The position numbers were made by a program, and so were the translations under genes. The notes under the pieces were generated by a model that saw only the letters and a program-made list of their open reading frames with translations, did no database searches and was not told where the DNA came from. A stretch of 64,000 nt of DNA, taken from Gammaproteobacteria bacterium (GTDB lineage: Bacteria > Pseudomonadota > Gammaproteobacteria > Magnimaribacterales > TMED112). The stretch spans positions 2,284 to 66,283 of the forward strand of contig JBJLJD010000001.1 in the NCBI GenBank assembly GCA_045563435.1, read 5' to 3'. The stretch's first letter is position 1, and each line of letters begins with the position of its first letter. Positions 1 to 9,974 of the stretch are shown piece by piece.

Positions 1-505
1 CTATATCTACTCCTGCTGTGGGTTCGTCAAGTATCAAAAGTTCGGGTTCGTGAATAAGTGCTTTGATTATCATTACTCTTCTTTTTTGACCACCTGACAA
101 CATTCTTGCAATTTCGTCTTTTTTATCCCAGAGACCAAGTTTTTTAAGATATTTTTCAGCTCTTTCCTTAGCAACTTTATAGGGAACACCATAAAAGCCA
201 GCTTGGGTGACAATAATGTCAAAAACTTTTTCGAACTGAGAAAAATTAAACTCTTGATTTACAACGCCTAATTTTAATTTTGCAGAATTGAAATCTTCAT
301 CTACATCTATTCCACATATTTTTAAACTCCCTTCATTTTTGACAACTAAAGATGAAATTATGCCTATAGTAGTAGACTTTCCTGCTCCGTTTGGACCTAA
401 TAGTGCAAAAAAATCTCCTTTTTTTACAGATAAGTCGATGCCCTTAAGTGCTACGACATTATTTTTGTATGTTTTTTTAAGATTCTTAATTTCTAGAGCT
501 TTCAT
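1..505 (-). CDS. ABC transporter ATP-binding protein (YadG-like), runs off the window edge
   Basis: Manual translation from the ATG at 505 gives MKALEIKNLKKTYKNNVVALKGIDLSVKKGDFFALLGPNGAGKSTT (Walker A), then LSGGQKRR and FILDEPTAGVD near the edge. TAATG overlap with the upstream VWA gene. Confidence 0.9.
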   Translation of the reverse strand, partial: MKALEIKNLKKTYKNNVVALKGIDLSVKKGDFFALLGPNGAGKSTTIGIISSLVVKNEGSLKICGIDVDEDFNSAKLKLGVVNQEFNFSQFEKVFDIIVTQAGFYGVPYKVAKERAEKYLKKLGLWDKKDEIARMLSGGQKRRVMIIKALIHEPELLILDEPTAGVDI

Positions 506-1686
506 TAATGCTTCTTTGATAAATAACTTACTGCATTTGATATTCCGCTTATTGTTAATGGGAACATTTTTTGATCCATCAAGTTATTTAACATTTTTAT
601 AGTAGAAGTGTAGTCCCAGTGATCTTCATGAACAGGATTTAACCATGCTGTTTTATAAAAATGACCTGTTACTTTATTTATCCAGCTCTCTCCTGATTCT
701 TTATTCCAATGTTCAATACTTCCTCCAGGATTTGTCAACTCATAAGGTGCCATGCTAGCGTCACCTACAAAAATAACTTTATGATTCTTTCCAAATTTAT
801 TTAGAATATTTTGTGTGTTGATTCTGTTTTCATTTCTTCTGTAATTGTCTTTCCAAACAGATTCATAAACACAATTATGAAAATAGTAATATTCCAGATT
901 TTTAAACTCAGACTTAGCTGCAGAAAAGAGCTCTTCACACACCTTTACAAATGGGTCCATTGACCCACCAACATCAAAGAACACAATAAGATTAATGTCA
1001 TTCATCTTTTCACGAATATATTCAAGCTCTAAATAGCCTGCATTTTTTGCGGTACTTTTAATAGTTGTATCTAAATCAAATTCAAAGTTTTCACTTTTCC
1101 TTGTCATTTTTCGTAACTTTCTTAAAGCAATTTTGATATTCCTTGTTCCAAGCTGAAGTGAATCGTCTAAATTTTTAAAGTCCCTTGCTTCCCAAACTTT
1201 AGCCGCCATTCCTTTGTTTGATTTCCCACCAACTCTGATTCCATTTGGGTGGTGCCCATCGTTCCCAAAAGGAGAAGTGCCAGCAGTACCAATCCATTTA
1301 GAGCCACCATGATGATGTTTTTCTTGCTCTTCAAGTCGTTTTTTAAATTCTTTCATTAGATTTTCAAGACCGCCTAAATCTTTTATTTTTTTCAGCTCTT
1401 CTTCAGTTAGTTCTTTTTCAAACTGCTTTCTAAGCCAATCATCTGGAATAAGCATTTTAAAAATATCATCGAGGTTCTCTACACCTTTAAAAAAGATATC
1501 GAAAGCTCTATCAAACTTATCAAAATATTTTTCATCTTTAACCAATATTGTTCGCGAAAGGTAATAAAAATCATCCCAATTAGCGAAGGCTAAGTTTTTA
1601 TCCAATGCTTTCAGAAGATCTAAAAACTCTTTTAAGGTAGCAGGAACACCATAATTTCTTACTGTGCTGAAAAGGTTTATCAGCAT
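505..1686 (-). CDS. VWA-domain protein (CoxE-like), MoxR partner
   Basis: MIDAS-like DVGGSM, YYYFHNC and FVGDASM motifs; directly downstream of a MoxR ATPase. Confidence 0.85.
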   Translation of the reverse strand: MLINLFSTVRNYGVPATLKEFLDLLKALDKNLAFANWDDFYYLSRTILVKDEKYFDKFDRAFDIFFKGVENLDDIFKMLIPDDWLRKQFEKELTEEELKKIKDLGGLENLMKEFKKRLEEQEKHHHGGSKWIGTAGTSPFGNDGHHPNGIRVGGKSNKGMAAKVWEARDFKNLDDSLQLGTRNIKIALRKLRKMTRKSENFEFDLDTTIKSTAKNAGYLELEYIREKMNDINLIVFFDVGGSMDPFVKVCEELFSAAKSEFKNLEYYYFHNCVYESVWKDNYRRNENRINTQNILNKFGKNHKVIFVGDASMAPYELTNPGGSIEHWNKESGESWINKVTGHFYKTAWLNPVHEDHWDYTSTIKMLNNLMDQKMFPLTISGISNAVSYLSKKH

Positions 1687-2525
1687 TATGACTCTCTTCT
1701 TGTCATAAATGCCAATCTCTGTAAGAGTTCGACATCTTGCTCATTTTTAAGAAGAGCTCCATAAAGTGGAGGTAAAAGTTCTTTATCTTTTTTTGCAATC
1801 AATTCTTGGGCTAGATCATCAGAAACAATAAGTTTTAGCCAGTCTATTAACTCAGATGTTGTAGGCTTTTTCTTTAAGCCGGGCACTTTCCTAACATCAA
1901 AAAACATATCAAGAGATTTCTTAAGAAGGTTCTTCTTGATCTTAGGGATATGTACATTAATGATGCTTTCAAGAACTGCTCTATCAGGAAAAGCAATAAA
2001 ATGGAAAAAACATCTTCTTAAAAAAGCATCAGGTAAATCTTTCTCATTGTTAGAAGTGATAATTACAAGCGGACGTTTCTTAGCTTTAATTGTTTTATCT
2101 AATTCATAGCAATAAAATTCCATCCTATCCAACTCTTGAAGAAGATCATTTGGAAACTCGATGTCAGCTTTATCAACTTCATCTACTAATAAAACAACTT
2201 GCTCATCGGAATCAAATGCATCCCAAAGTTTGCCTTTTTTTATATAGTTTTTAATATCTTTAACTTTTTCATTTCCAAGCTGTGAATCTCTCAATCTTGA
2301 TACTGCATCGTACTCGTATAGACCTTGTGAAGCTTTGGTTGTAGATTTAATGTGCCATTCAATAAGCCTTAACCCAAGTGATTCAGCAACTTCAAGTGCA
2401 AGCATTGTTTTACCTGTACCCGGCTCACCTTTAACTAGAAGTGGTTTCTCTAAATTTAAAGCTGCATCAACCGCTAATTTAAGGTCTTCTGTAGCAATAT
2501 AGTTTTTTGTTCCTTGGAATCTCAT
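1686..2525 (-). CDS. MoxR-family AAA+ ATPase
   Basis: Walker A GEPGTGKT, Walker B LLVDEVDKAD, ITSN..LPDAFLRRC. ATG at 2525 preferred over the TTG at 2549. Confidence 0.9.
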   Translation of the reverse strand: MRFQGTKNYIATEDLKLAVDAALNLEKPLLVKGEPGTGKTMLALEVAESLGLRLIEWHIKSTTKASQGLYEYDAVSRLRDSQLGNEKVKDIKNYIKKGKLWDAFDSDEQVVLLVDEVDKADIEFPNDLLQELDRMEFYCYELDKTIKAKKRPLVIITSNNEKDLPDAFLRRCFFHFIAFPDRAVLESIINVHIPKIKKNLLKKSLDMFFDVRKVPGLKKKPTTSELIDWLKLIVSDDLAQELIAKKDKELLPPLYGALLKNEQDVELLQRLAFMTRRES

Positions 2526-2561
2526 TTCGACTAGGTTAGAGTTTACCAAAATATATTAGAA

Positions 2562-3344
2562 ATGGTATTAGCAGACGCTTGTTTTAACATTACACACTCC
2601 TCTTTTAAAGAAAACTTTGAGGATATTCTTAATGAATCTAAAAAATTAGGAGTTGATTATTTCTTTTGCCCTGCAGCAGAGAAAAAAGACATTAATGAAG
2701 TTATTAAATTTTCTTCTACTTACAAAGAAATTAGCTGCGGTATTGGAATACATCCACATCATGCTAATGAAGTAGATTCAGAATTAATAAAAAAACTAGA
2801 AACTTTGATTATTCAGGAAAATATAAGTGCAATTGGTGAAATAGGTCTTGATTATTACAGAGATTTTCAGCAGAAAATTACCCAACAAGAATCATTCGAG
2901 GTGCAATTAAAATTAGCCTCTGATCATAAAATGCCTGTTTTTCTTCATAACAGAGATGCATTTAAAGACTTTTACAGCATATTAAAGAAATATTTTTCTA
3001 ATTTACCTGGTGGCGTTGTTCATTGTTTTACCGGGAATAAAAGCGAATTAGTATCTTTCTTAGATTTAGGCCTGTTCATTGGAATTACTGGATGGGTTTG
3101 TGATGAACGAAGAGGAATAGACTTAAATTCATTACTAAAAATTATCCCTAAAGATAGATTAATTATTGAAACTGATGCCCCCTATCTGATACCAAGAAAT
3201 TTAAAATCAAAAACAAAACATAACATCAATACACCTATGAATCTGCCTCATATTGCAGAGCATATTGCTAATGTTCGTGGGGAAAATGTAATTGAAATGG
3301 CTGAATATACTACTGAAAATTTTAAGAAATTATTTACTTTGTAA
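2562..3344 (+). CDS. tatD: TatD-family hydrolase/DNase
   Basis: GIHPH, GEIGLDY, LHNRDA, VVHCFTG and IETDAPY motifs. Confidence 0.9.
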   Translation: MVLADACFNITHSSFKENFEDILNESKKLGVDYFFCPAAEKKDINEVIKFSSTYKEISCGIGIHPHHANEVDSELIKKLETLIIQENISAIGEIGLDYYRDFQQKITQQESFEVQLKLASDHKMPVFLHNRDAFKDFYSILKKYFSNLPGGVVHCFTGNKSELVSFLDLGLFIGITGWVCDERRGIDLNSLLKIIPKDRLIIETDAPYLIPRNLKSKTKHNINTPMNLPHIAEHIANVRGENVIEMAEYTTENFKKLFTL

Positions 3345-5594
3345 GTCTAAGATTCTTGGTAATAGATATATTGAAAGCAACATTGCAAAGAAGATAGCTA
3401 TCCCAGAAAAAACGCCAAATAATATCGTTGGATTAAAATTTGAAAAAAGGAAAACAAGAAAGCCCATAATTATTGTAAATCCAGTAATAAGAATTGCCCT
3501 GCCTGCGGAGAGAAGTGTTTTCTTTTCATCATTTTCTTTTAAATACCTCCAAGCAAAATGTATTGCATAATCTACTGACATTCCTACACAAATTGATGCA
3601 ATAGTTATTGTCATGATATCTAGAGGGATGTTTAAAACACTCATTGACGACATAACCACACCAACTGAAATAGAAGGTATAAGCATGACTGAAAAACCTA
3701 CCAACAGTGATCTAAAAAGAAAAGAAACCATCAAGAAGATTGAAACCAAGACAAAACTAAGTGTTTTTATTTGTGAAGAAAAGAGACTTTGAAGCAAATT
3801 GTTATACAACACACCTAAACCAGTAATCTGATAGTCAATTTCAGTACCTTTGAAATTCTTTTGGAGAATTTTATCAATTGTGTTGATTAGCTCGTTTCTA
3901 TTAAGATTTGGACTTGAATCTATAGTTCTTGCAAAAATTTTAGTGCTTTTCTCTGTTTCATCAATAAATGTCTCTAAAACCTTTTGAGCTCTCTCGCTAT
4001 CTAATAATGAATTTCTTACAAAGGCTAATTCCAAATCTCCAAGAGGCTGATTATTATTTAAATTTTGTGCAAGCTCAATGCCATTTGCAATGCTCAAAAC
4101 CTTACCCAATTCATCAAGTTTAGAAACTTCATTTTGAACCTTTTGAAGCTTATCCATATTCTCTTTTTTCCACCAGTATTTTGCAGTTTCTGAGTTCTCA
4201 CTAAAAAAGAGATCCTCTTCATCAACTTCTTCTATTGCCTCAGGCAAAGAAAGAATAATATCAAAGGGAGTTGTACCACCAAGATTTTTATCAATAGTTT
4301 CCATTCCCATATATATTTCAGTTTCTTTGTTGAAATAATCGATAAATTTATTTTCTACTTTTAAATTAGTTGGTAGATAAATTATCAATGGGATAAAAAT
4401 AAGCAAAAATGGAATCCATGCTTTTTTAATAAATCCTTTACTTTGAACATAGCCATTGTTGTATACGAAATCTGCAATATTTTTTTGTGTAAGACTTTTT
4501 ATATTTTTAAGCTCTAGTGCCAATGGTATAAATAAAAATGAGCTCAAAAGGTTTAAAAGCACTCCTACGCTCATCATTTTTCCAAAATCAATTACCGGCT
4601 TGATATCACTCAAGATTAAGGAAGCAAAACCCACTATTGTAGTTAATGCTGTAAAAAGACATGGCATGAAAATATCTGATAAAGATTTGCTAGTGGAAAT
4701 ATTTTTATCTCCATCTGTTTGAACTTTAGCAAGTATATGAATTGAAATTGCAATAGATGTTATAAGCAACAAGGCCAAAAAATTTGACGAAACTATACTT
4801 ATTGGCCAATCCATTAACCCCATTACCCCAATACTTATAAACATAACTATCAATGCATTTAAAAGTATTATGGTTACAGGCCAAAAATCTCTAAATATTA
4901 AATAGAGAAAAATAAAGAAAACTAAAACAGTAATAGTTCCAAAAGTAATTACATCATTTTTAATAAAGTTAATCGTGTCAAAAACTATCATTGATGGTCC
5001 TGCAAGATTTATATTGAAATTTTTAAAAGTCTGAATCTCAGATCTTATATCGATAACTGTTTGGTCATAATTATCTTTTCCATCGAGATTAATTTGAAAC
5101 GCAAGTGTTTTACCGTCCTTACTTATTACCAGTTCACTAAAAATAGGACTATCGATTAATTCTTGTTTAGCTAGAGGAAGGTTTAGCTCGTCTTCAAGCA
5201 AATACTTATCATTAGATGCTGACTTGATCAATGATAATTTAGGTTGTTCAAGTATTGGAGCATCAAAAACTGAAACAACACTATCAACTCCCTCAATTAC
5301 TTGAATTTTGTCTCTGAGATTTTGAAGATTTTGCAAATTATCAAGAGTAAAAATTTCATTTGGAGACTGTATTGCAAGAATTAAAAAATCAGATGAACCA
5401 AAATCATCGTTAGATTGCTGATATATTTGATAATCAACATCGTTATCAAGAATCAAAGTCTCTGAAGAAGCATCAAATCTGAAATTATTGATACCTAGAG
5501 AACTACAAAATATTCCAAATAAAATTATTGCTGAATAAAAAAATTTTCTGTCTTTTATAGAATTAAAGTAATTTGAAACTAATTTTTTGAACAT
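3330..5594 (-). CDS. MMPL/RND-family membrane transporter
   Basis: Two repeats of a periplasmic loop plus TM bundle; TALTTIVGFASL and GMSVDYAIH motifs. Confidence 0.85.
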   Translation of the reverse strand: MFKKLVSNYFNSIKDRKFFYSAIILFGIFCSSLGINNFRFDASSETLILDNDVDYQIYQQSNDDFGSSDFLILAIQSPNEIFTLDNLQNLQNLRDKIQVIEGVDSVVSVFDAPILEQPKLSLIKSASNDKYLLEDELNLPLAKQELIDSPIFSELVISKDGKTLAFQINLDGKDNYDQTVIDIRSEIQTFKNFNINLAGPSMIVFDTINFIKNDVITFGTITVLVFFIFLYLIFRDFWPVTIILLNALIVMFISIGVMGLMDWPISIVSSNFLALLLITSIAISIHILAKVQTDGDKNISTSKSLSDIFMPCLFTALTTIVGFASLILSDIKPVIDFGKMMSVGVLLNLLSSFLFIPLALELKNIKSLTQKNIADFVYNNGYVQSKGFIKKAWIPFLLIFIPLIIYLPTNLKVENKFIDYFNKETEIYMGMETIDKNLGGTTPFDIILSLPEAIEEVDEEDLFFSENSETAKYWWKKENMDKLQKVQNEVSKLDELGKVLSIANGIELAQNLNNNQPLGDLELAFVRNSLLDSERAQKVLETFIDETEKSTKIFARTIDSSPNLNRNELINTIDKILQKNFKGTEIDYQITGLGVLYNNLLQSLFSSQIKTLSFVLVSIFLMVSFLFRSLLVGFSVMLIPSISVGVVMSSMSVLNIPLDIMTITIASICVGMSVDYAIHFAWRYLKENDEKKTLLSAGRAILITGFTIIMGFLVFLFSNFNPTILFGVFSGIAIFFAMLLSIYLLPRILDLQSK

Positions 5595-5875
5595 GGTGGA
5601 GAAGCTGCAAATTCATTTGATTCATCCCATTCTGACTTTGTCTTCGCAATAATAGATATTGCATGAATTGTTTTTACTACTTCAGGAATTTTTGAATATA
5701 CATGCTTATGTCTTTGAACCAAACTTTCATCAACAAAATCATCTGAAACAATTATTATTTTTATATGTGATAAATCTCCAGAATAATTTGAATGGTTCGG
5801 GCTTTCGTTGATTACTTCACTGTGATTAAGCTTAAAGCCCTCTTCAAGCATTTTTTTTATATCATCAATCGTCAT
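5579..5875 (-). CDS. bolA: BolA-family protein
   Basis: VINES.NH...SHIKIIIVSDDF..SLVQRHKHVY..IHAISI..SPPC pattern. Confidence 0.88.
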   Translation of the reverse strand: MTIDDIKKMLEEGFKLNHSEVINESPNHSNYSGDLSHIKIIIVSDDFVDESLVQRHKHVYSKIPEVVKTIHAISIIAKTKSEWDESNEFAASPPCSKN

Positions 5876-6605
5876 CTTTTTTTCTTAATCCTGAAGTTCT
5901 ATTTTTTCTAAAAAATGGAATATCTCTTTCTTCCACCTCTTCAGAATCAGCGTATATTCTAGCTTTAGTTCCCCTAAAAAAATACTTTATTGCAATATAC
6001 CCAAATACAAAACCACCAATATGAGCAAAATACGCGACACCATCTGAACTTGATCCTGTTGCATTTATAAGTTGAGTTATTATCCAGAAGCCTATCACTA
6101 TGCTTGCTGGAACCTTAATTGTTTGAATAAAGATTATGAACCAAATGAACACATTTATTCTTGCCTTTGGATATAGAACGAAATAAGCTCCCATAATCCC
6201 AGCAATACATCCACTTGCTCCAATCATTGGTACGTCTAGACCTCTAGAAAATATTGCTTGAAAAAATGCTGCGGCTATTCCTCCCAAGAAATAAAAAATA
6301 ATATATTTAGTTCTTCCTAAATAATTTTCGATATTGTCTCCATATATATGAAGAACAAGCATATTGAATGCAAAATGCATGAAACCTCCATGTAAAAATG
6401 CAGATGTAAAAATGGTATGTAAATTTACTAATTCAAAAAAAGCTGAAGGTCTTACACCAAATGAATCTATAAGCAATTGATTCGACTGTGGTGATAAAAG
6501 CATTTGAAAAATAAATACTATTAAATTGATGCCGATTAAGGCCCAAGTAACCACAGGCTTTCTTACTGTTGGGTTTTCGTCAGAAAATGGTAAAAAAACA
6601 AACAT
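5865..6605 (-). CDS. Rhomboid-family intramembrane serine protease
   Basis: FLHGGFMHFAFNM, catalytic GASG and AYFAHIGG. Confidence 0.92.
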   Translation of the reverse strand: MFVFLPFSDENPTVRKPVVTWALIGINLIVFIFQMLLSPQSNQLLIDSFGVRPSAFFELVNLHTIFTSAFLHGGFMHFAFNMLVLHIYGDNIENYLGRTKYIIFYFLGGIAAAFFQAIFSRGLDVPMIGASGCIAGIMGAYFVLYPKARINVFIWFIIFIQTIKVPASIVIGFWIITQLINATGSSSDGVAYFAHIGGFVFGYIAIKYFFRGTKARIYADSEEVEERDIPFFRKNRTSGLRKKDDD

Positions 6606-7598
6606 CTACTTAATTGAAACTAGTGACTCAATAAATTGATCGGTTGATACATCCCATGTATATTTTTTTGCAGATTTAACTACCTTTACTCTATCAACTT
6701 TTAAAGCTCTCTCCACAGCCTTACCTAAATCCTCTTTATCTAATGAGCCATTCTCTCCTTCAATAACAATATCTTTTGGTCCTGTAACATCGAATCCAGC
6801 AATTGGAGTTCCACAAGCAAGTGCTTCAATTAAAACAATACCAAATGTATCTGTCTTTGAAGGAAAAACAAAACATGCTGCATCCCTGTAAATATTTGCG
6901 AGATCTTTTCCTCTTTTGTAACCAAGAAAATCAACCTCTTTGTATTTCCTTTTAAATTTATTCAACATTGGGCCTCCACCTACTACTACTTTTTTAAGAT
7001 TTGTTTCCATCTTTAAAAATTCCTCAATATTTTTTTCTATTGCAACTCTCCCGACATATAAGAGGTAGTTTCCTTTTCCCCCTTTTTTATCTGGATAAAA
7101 TACCTCTTCATCAAAACCTCTAGACCAAAGCACTAAATCATTAAAACCATCGTTTTTTAATTCTTTCATGTGACTTTTGGTATTTACCAAAGTATTTATA
7201 GCTGAATTATGGAACCATTTTAAAAGGCCTTTTGTAATATCAAGTCCAATATTAAATCTCTCATACACATACTCGGGAAATTTGGTATGAATTGCAGAAC
7301 TGTAGGGAATTTTATGCTCTAGACAATAATGCCTTCCAGTCAAACCCAAAGGTCCCTCAACAGAAATATGAATATAATCAGGATCTGATTTCTGTATTTT
7401 TTTCTTCAGGTCCCAAAAATTCCATGCAACAGATATTTCTGGATAATTAGGCAAAGGAAAGGTATGAAATAATCCTGGATGTATAACATCTACCTTGTAA
7501 CCTCTCTCTTTAAGTTTTTTAACCATGGTAGTCATAGTGACAACAACTCCATTTACTTGTGGTTCCCAAGCGTCAGTGATTATTAAAATTTTACTCAT
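6606..7598 (-). CDS. GT4 glycosyltransferase, Agt-like (probable diacylglycerol glucosyl/glucuronosyl transferase)
   Basis: N-terminal ILIITDAWEPQVNGVV, HISVEGPLG, YVGRVAIEKNIE and FPSKTDTFGIVLIEA, matching my recollection of Agt glycolipid synthases. ATG at 7598 preferred. Confidence 0.8.
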   Translation of the reverse strand: MSKILIITDAWEPQVNGVVVTMTTMVKKLKERGYKVDVIHPGLFHTFPLPNYPEISVAWNFWDLKKKIQKSDPDYIHISVEGPLGLTGRHYCLEHKIPYSSAIHTKFPEYVYERFNIGLDITKGLLKWFHNSAINTLVNTKSHMKELKNDGFNDLVLWSRGFDEEVFYPDKKGGKGNYLLYVGRVAIEKNIEEFLKMETNLKKVVVGGGPMLNKFKRKYKEVDFLGYKRGKDLANIYRDAACFVFPSKTDTFGIVLIEALACGTPIAGFDVTGPKDIVIEGENGSLDKEDLGKAVERALKVDRVKVVKSAKKYTWDVSTDQFIESLVSIK

Positions 7599-9189
7599 TT
7601 CTGTAAACAACTTCTCCATTTATTATTGTCATTAAGACTTTAGTATCAAGAATTTCCATATTATCAATGGTCAAAATATTTTTATCGAAAACACTAAAGT
7701 CTGCATATTTTCCAACTTCAATTGTGCCTAAATCTTCTTCCTGGAATATTGCATAAGCAGGCCATTTTGTAAAAATATCTAGTGCTTCTTCTCTGCTTAG
7801 TGCTTGTTGTAGATTCCAACCCTCGTCATGGAATCCTGTTAAATCTTTTCTTGTAACTGCTGCATAGTATTCTTGTAAAGGGTCTCCAAACTCAACTGGA
7901 GCATCTGATCCACCCACAATAATGACTCCTTTTTCAATAAAGCTTTTCCAGGCATATGCATAATCTAACCTCTCTAAACCAAGCCTATCTTTTGCAAAAT
8001 GAAGATCTCCAATAGCATGAGATGGCTGCATAGAGGCAATGACATTATATTTTTTAAATCGTTGTTGATCCTGTTCGGTGACATTTTGAGCGTGTTCAAT
8101 TCTCCATCTCAAATCCTTATTTGTTCCCTCAAGAAATTCCTGATAAAGATCTAATGTCATACTATTCCCTCTATCTCCAATTGCATGTATTTGAATTTGA
8201 CAGTCACGTTCATAAAGGTTTTTTAGCAACTGCCTAACTTCATTCCGGTCATAGATAATCAAACCTTTAGAATCTTTATCTTCATAATTTTCAAATAAAG
8301 CAGCCCCTCTTGAACCAATTGCACCGTCAGCATATATCTTGATGCTCCTTCTGCCTTTAATGCAATGTTCATAATCTTTTTGATTAAGAGAAAAATGAAT
8401 TTTTAAATCTAAATCTAAATTTTCAAAGATTCTAATTTTCTCTATAAATAAGGAGTCAGCGTCATGCATTCCTGTCCAGCCTCTTTGTTGATAAGTTTTG
8501 GCTCCTAATGCAAAAGCATTTTTTTCATCCTCAATTGTTTGAGCAGGTATTAGCTGCTGTACAAGATTTTTAGCAGCATCGATTAATATTCCATTCGCTC
8601 TTCCATCGCTAAGTCTCTCTATTTCTCCTCCTGATGGATTTTTCGTTACTAAATCAATATTTGAAAGAATTAATGCTTTTGAATTCACTAAAAATGCGTG
8701 TCCATCTGCTCTCTCAAGAATAATAGGTATGTTTGAATTGATTTCATCTAGATCAAAACGCGTAGGAAAAGTTTTATCACTCCAATTTTTTTCTATCCAT
8801 CCTTCTCCAAAAATTATTTGCATGTTTCGATTGTTGTCGTTATAAACTTTTACTCTATGGAGCATCTCCTTCTTGCTTGATGTGTTAGAGAGATCTAATT
8901 TAAGCTGTCTATAGCCTACACCTTTTAAATGAGCATGAGCATCTACAAATCCTGGAAAAACATACCCTTTTTTTAGGTCAACCTTTTCCTCTCTACACAT
9001 TTTAAATTCGTCTAGCTCACCAATATGATTGATTCTTTTGTCATTTATAGAGATAGCTTTTTTTTCAATATCTCTTGTTGCCTCTATAAAGATGTTTCCG
9101 TTAAAAAGAATTTTTTCTCCACAAATATTTTTTGAAAATAATGGCATGCATAGATTAATCATTAATATGATTAAAAGATTTTTATTCAT
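7591..9189 (-). CDS. Amidohydrolase, YtcJ-like family, with probable signal peptide
   Basis: PGFVDAHAH, KIYADGAIGSRGA, IHAIGDRG, RIEHAQ and GGSDAPV motifs. Confidence 0.88.
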   Translation of the reverse strand: MNKNLLIILMINLCMPLFSKNICGEKILFNGNIFIEATRDIEKKAISINDKRINHIGELDEFKMCREEKVDLKKGYVFPGFVDAHAHLKGVGYRQLKLDLSNTSSKKEMLHRVKVYNDNNRNMQIIFGEGWIEKNWSDKTFPTRFDLDEINSNIPIILERADGHAFLVNSKALILSNIDLVTKNPSGGEIERLSDGRANGILIDAAKNLVQQLIPAQTIEDEKNAFALGAKTYQQRGWTGMHDADSLFIEKIRIFENLDLDLKIHFSLNQKDYEHCIKGRRSIKIYADGAIGSRGAALFENYEDKDSKGLIIYDRNEVRQLLKNLYERDCQIQIHAIGDRGNSMTLDLYQEFLEGTNKDLRWRIEHAQNVTEQDQQRFKKYNVIASMQPSHAIGDLHFAKDRLGLERLDYAYAWKSFIEKGVIIVGGSDAPVEFGDPLQEYYAAVTRKDLTGFHDEGWNLQQALSREEALDIFTKWPAYAIFQEEDLGTIEVGKYADFSVFDKNILTIDNMEILDTKVLMTIINGEVVYRNE

Positions 9190-9956
9190 AGTTTATTAAT
9201 TAAGACAGATTTATTTTTACTGAAGCCTTTTAGTTCAAAACTCCCTTCTCGATCTTCTGTGATGGCTGTACATGCTTCGATCCAATCACCAGTATTAAAA
9301 TAGATGTAATCAGAATTTTGTTTTATTTGTGGTAAGTGAGTATGTCCACACAACAAACCTTTATACTTTTCTTTCTTGCATAACCTTTGTACGTTCAATT
9401 GAAAATTACTAGCTTTGTTTACAGTTTTTTTTGTTAAACTTTTCAGTTTTTTTGAAAGGGGGCGGTTCAATTTTAATAAGATTTCATACAGGACACCTCC
9501 AAATTTAGAGAGCCATTTTATATTTGAAGTAACCACATCAAACTGATCGCCATGGATTATAAGTATTTTTCCCTGTGTTTGGGATTCATGTATATGTGAA
9601 TCAACAACTTTAAATGTATTTGCTTTATCAAGTATTTTTTTAAATCTTTTATCAGTCTTTATAAATTTATTTGCATCTTTTTTGCTTCTTAAGGGATCGT
9701 CATGATTTCCAGTAATATAAAATACATTAGTTCCACTATCTTTTATCTCCTTTAATTTATCTAAAACCCTTTGATGGTCTTTTGGCCAATAGAAGTTATC
9801 TTTCATTGCCCAAAAATCAATGATATCACCCACTAGAAAAAGCTTTTTACAATTTAAGTTATTTAAAAATTCATATAATTTTTCAGCTTTGCAGCCTATA
9901 AAGCCAAGATGTACGTCAGATATAAAAACTGAATTGTATTGATTATTTTTATCCAT
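9186..9956 (-). CDS. Metallophosphoesterase, PlcP-like phospholipase C (LpxH-related family)
   Basis: ISDVHLG, LVGDIIDFW...YWP, GNHD, HGDQFD, CGHTH and NTGDWIE motifs; near an Agt-like GT4. Confidence 0.78.
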   Translation of the reverse strand: MDKNNQYNSVFISDVHLGFIGCKAEKLYEFLNNLNCKKLFLVGDIIDFWAMKDNFYWPKDHQRVLDKLKEIKDSGTNVFYITGNHDDPLRSKKDANKFIKTDKRFKKILDKANTFKVVDSHIHESQTQGKILIIHGDQFDVVTSNIKWLSKFGGVLYEILLKLNRPLSKKLKSLTKKTVNKASNFQLNVQRLCKKEKYKGLLCGHTHLPQIKQNSDYIYFNTGDWIEACTAITEDREGSFELKGFSKNKSVLINKL

Positions 9957-9974
9957 GTATCATTATTTTAATCT

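Noticed and set aside
288-602. 104-aa plus-strand ORF and similar short antisense ORFs (for example 42250..42609, 46784..47341, 30635..30970, 60927..61268)
   Set aside because: They are shadow ORFs opposite well-supported genes and carry no motifs.
505-2525. Aerobic CO dehydrogenase (cox) cluster
   Set aside because: Only the CoxD/CoxE-like MoxR and VWA genes are present; there is no coxL, coxM or coxS.
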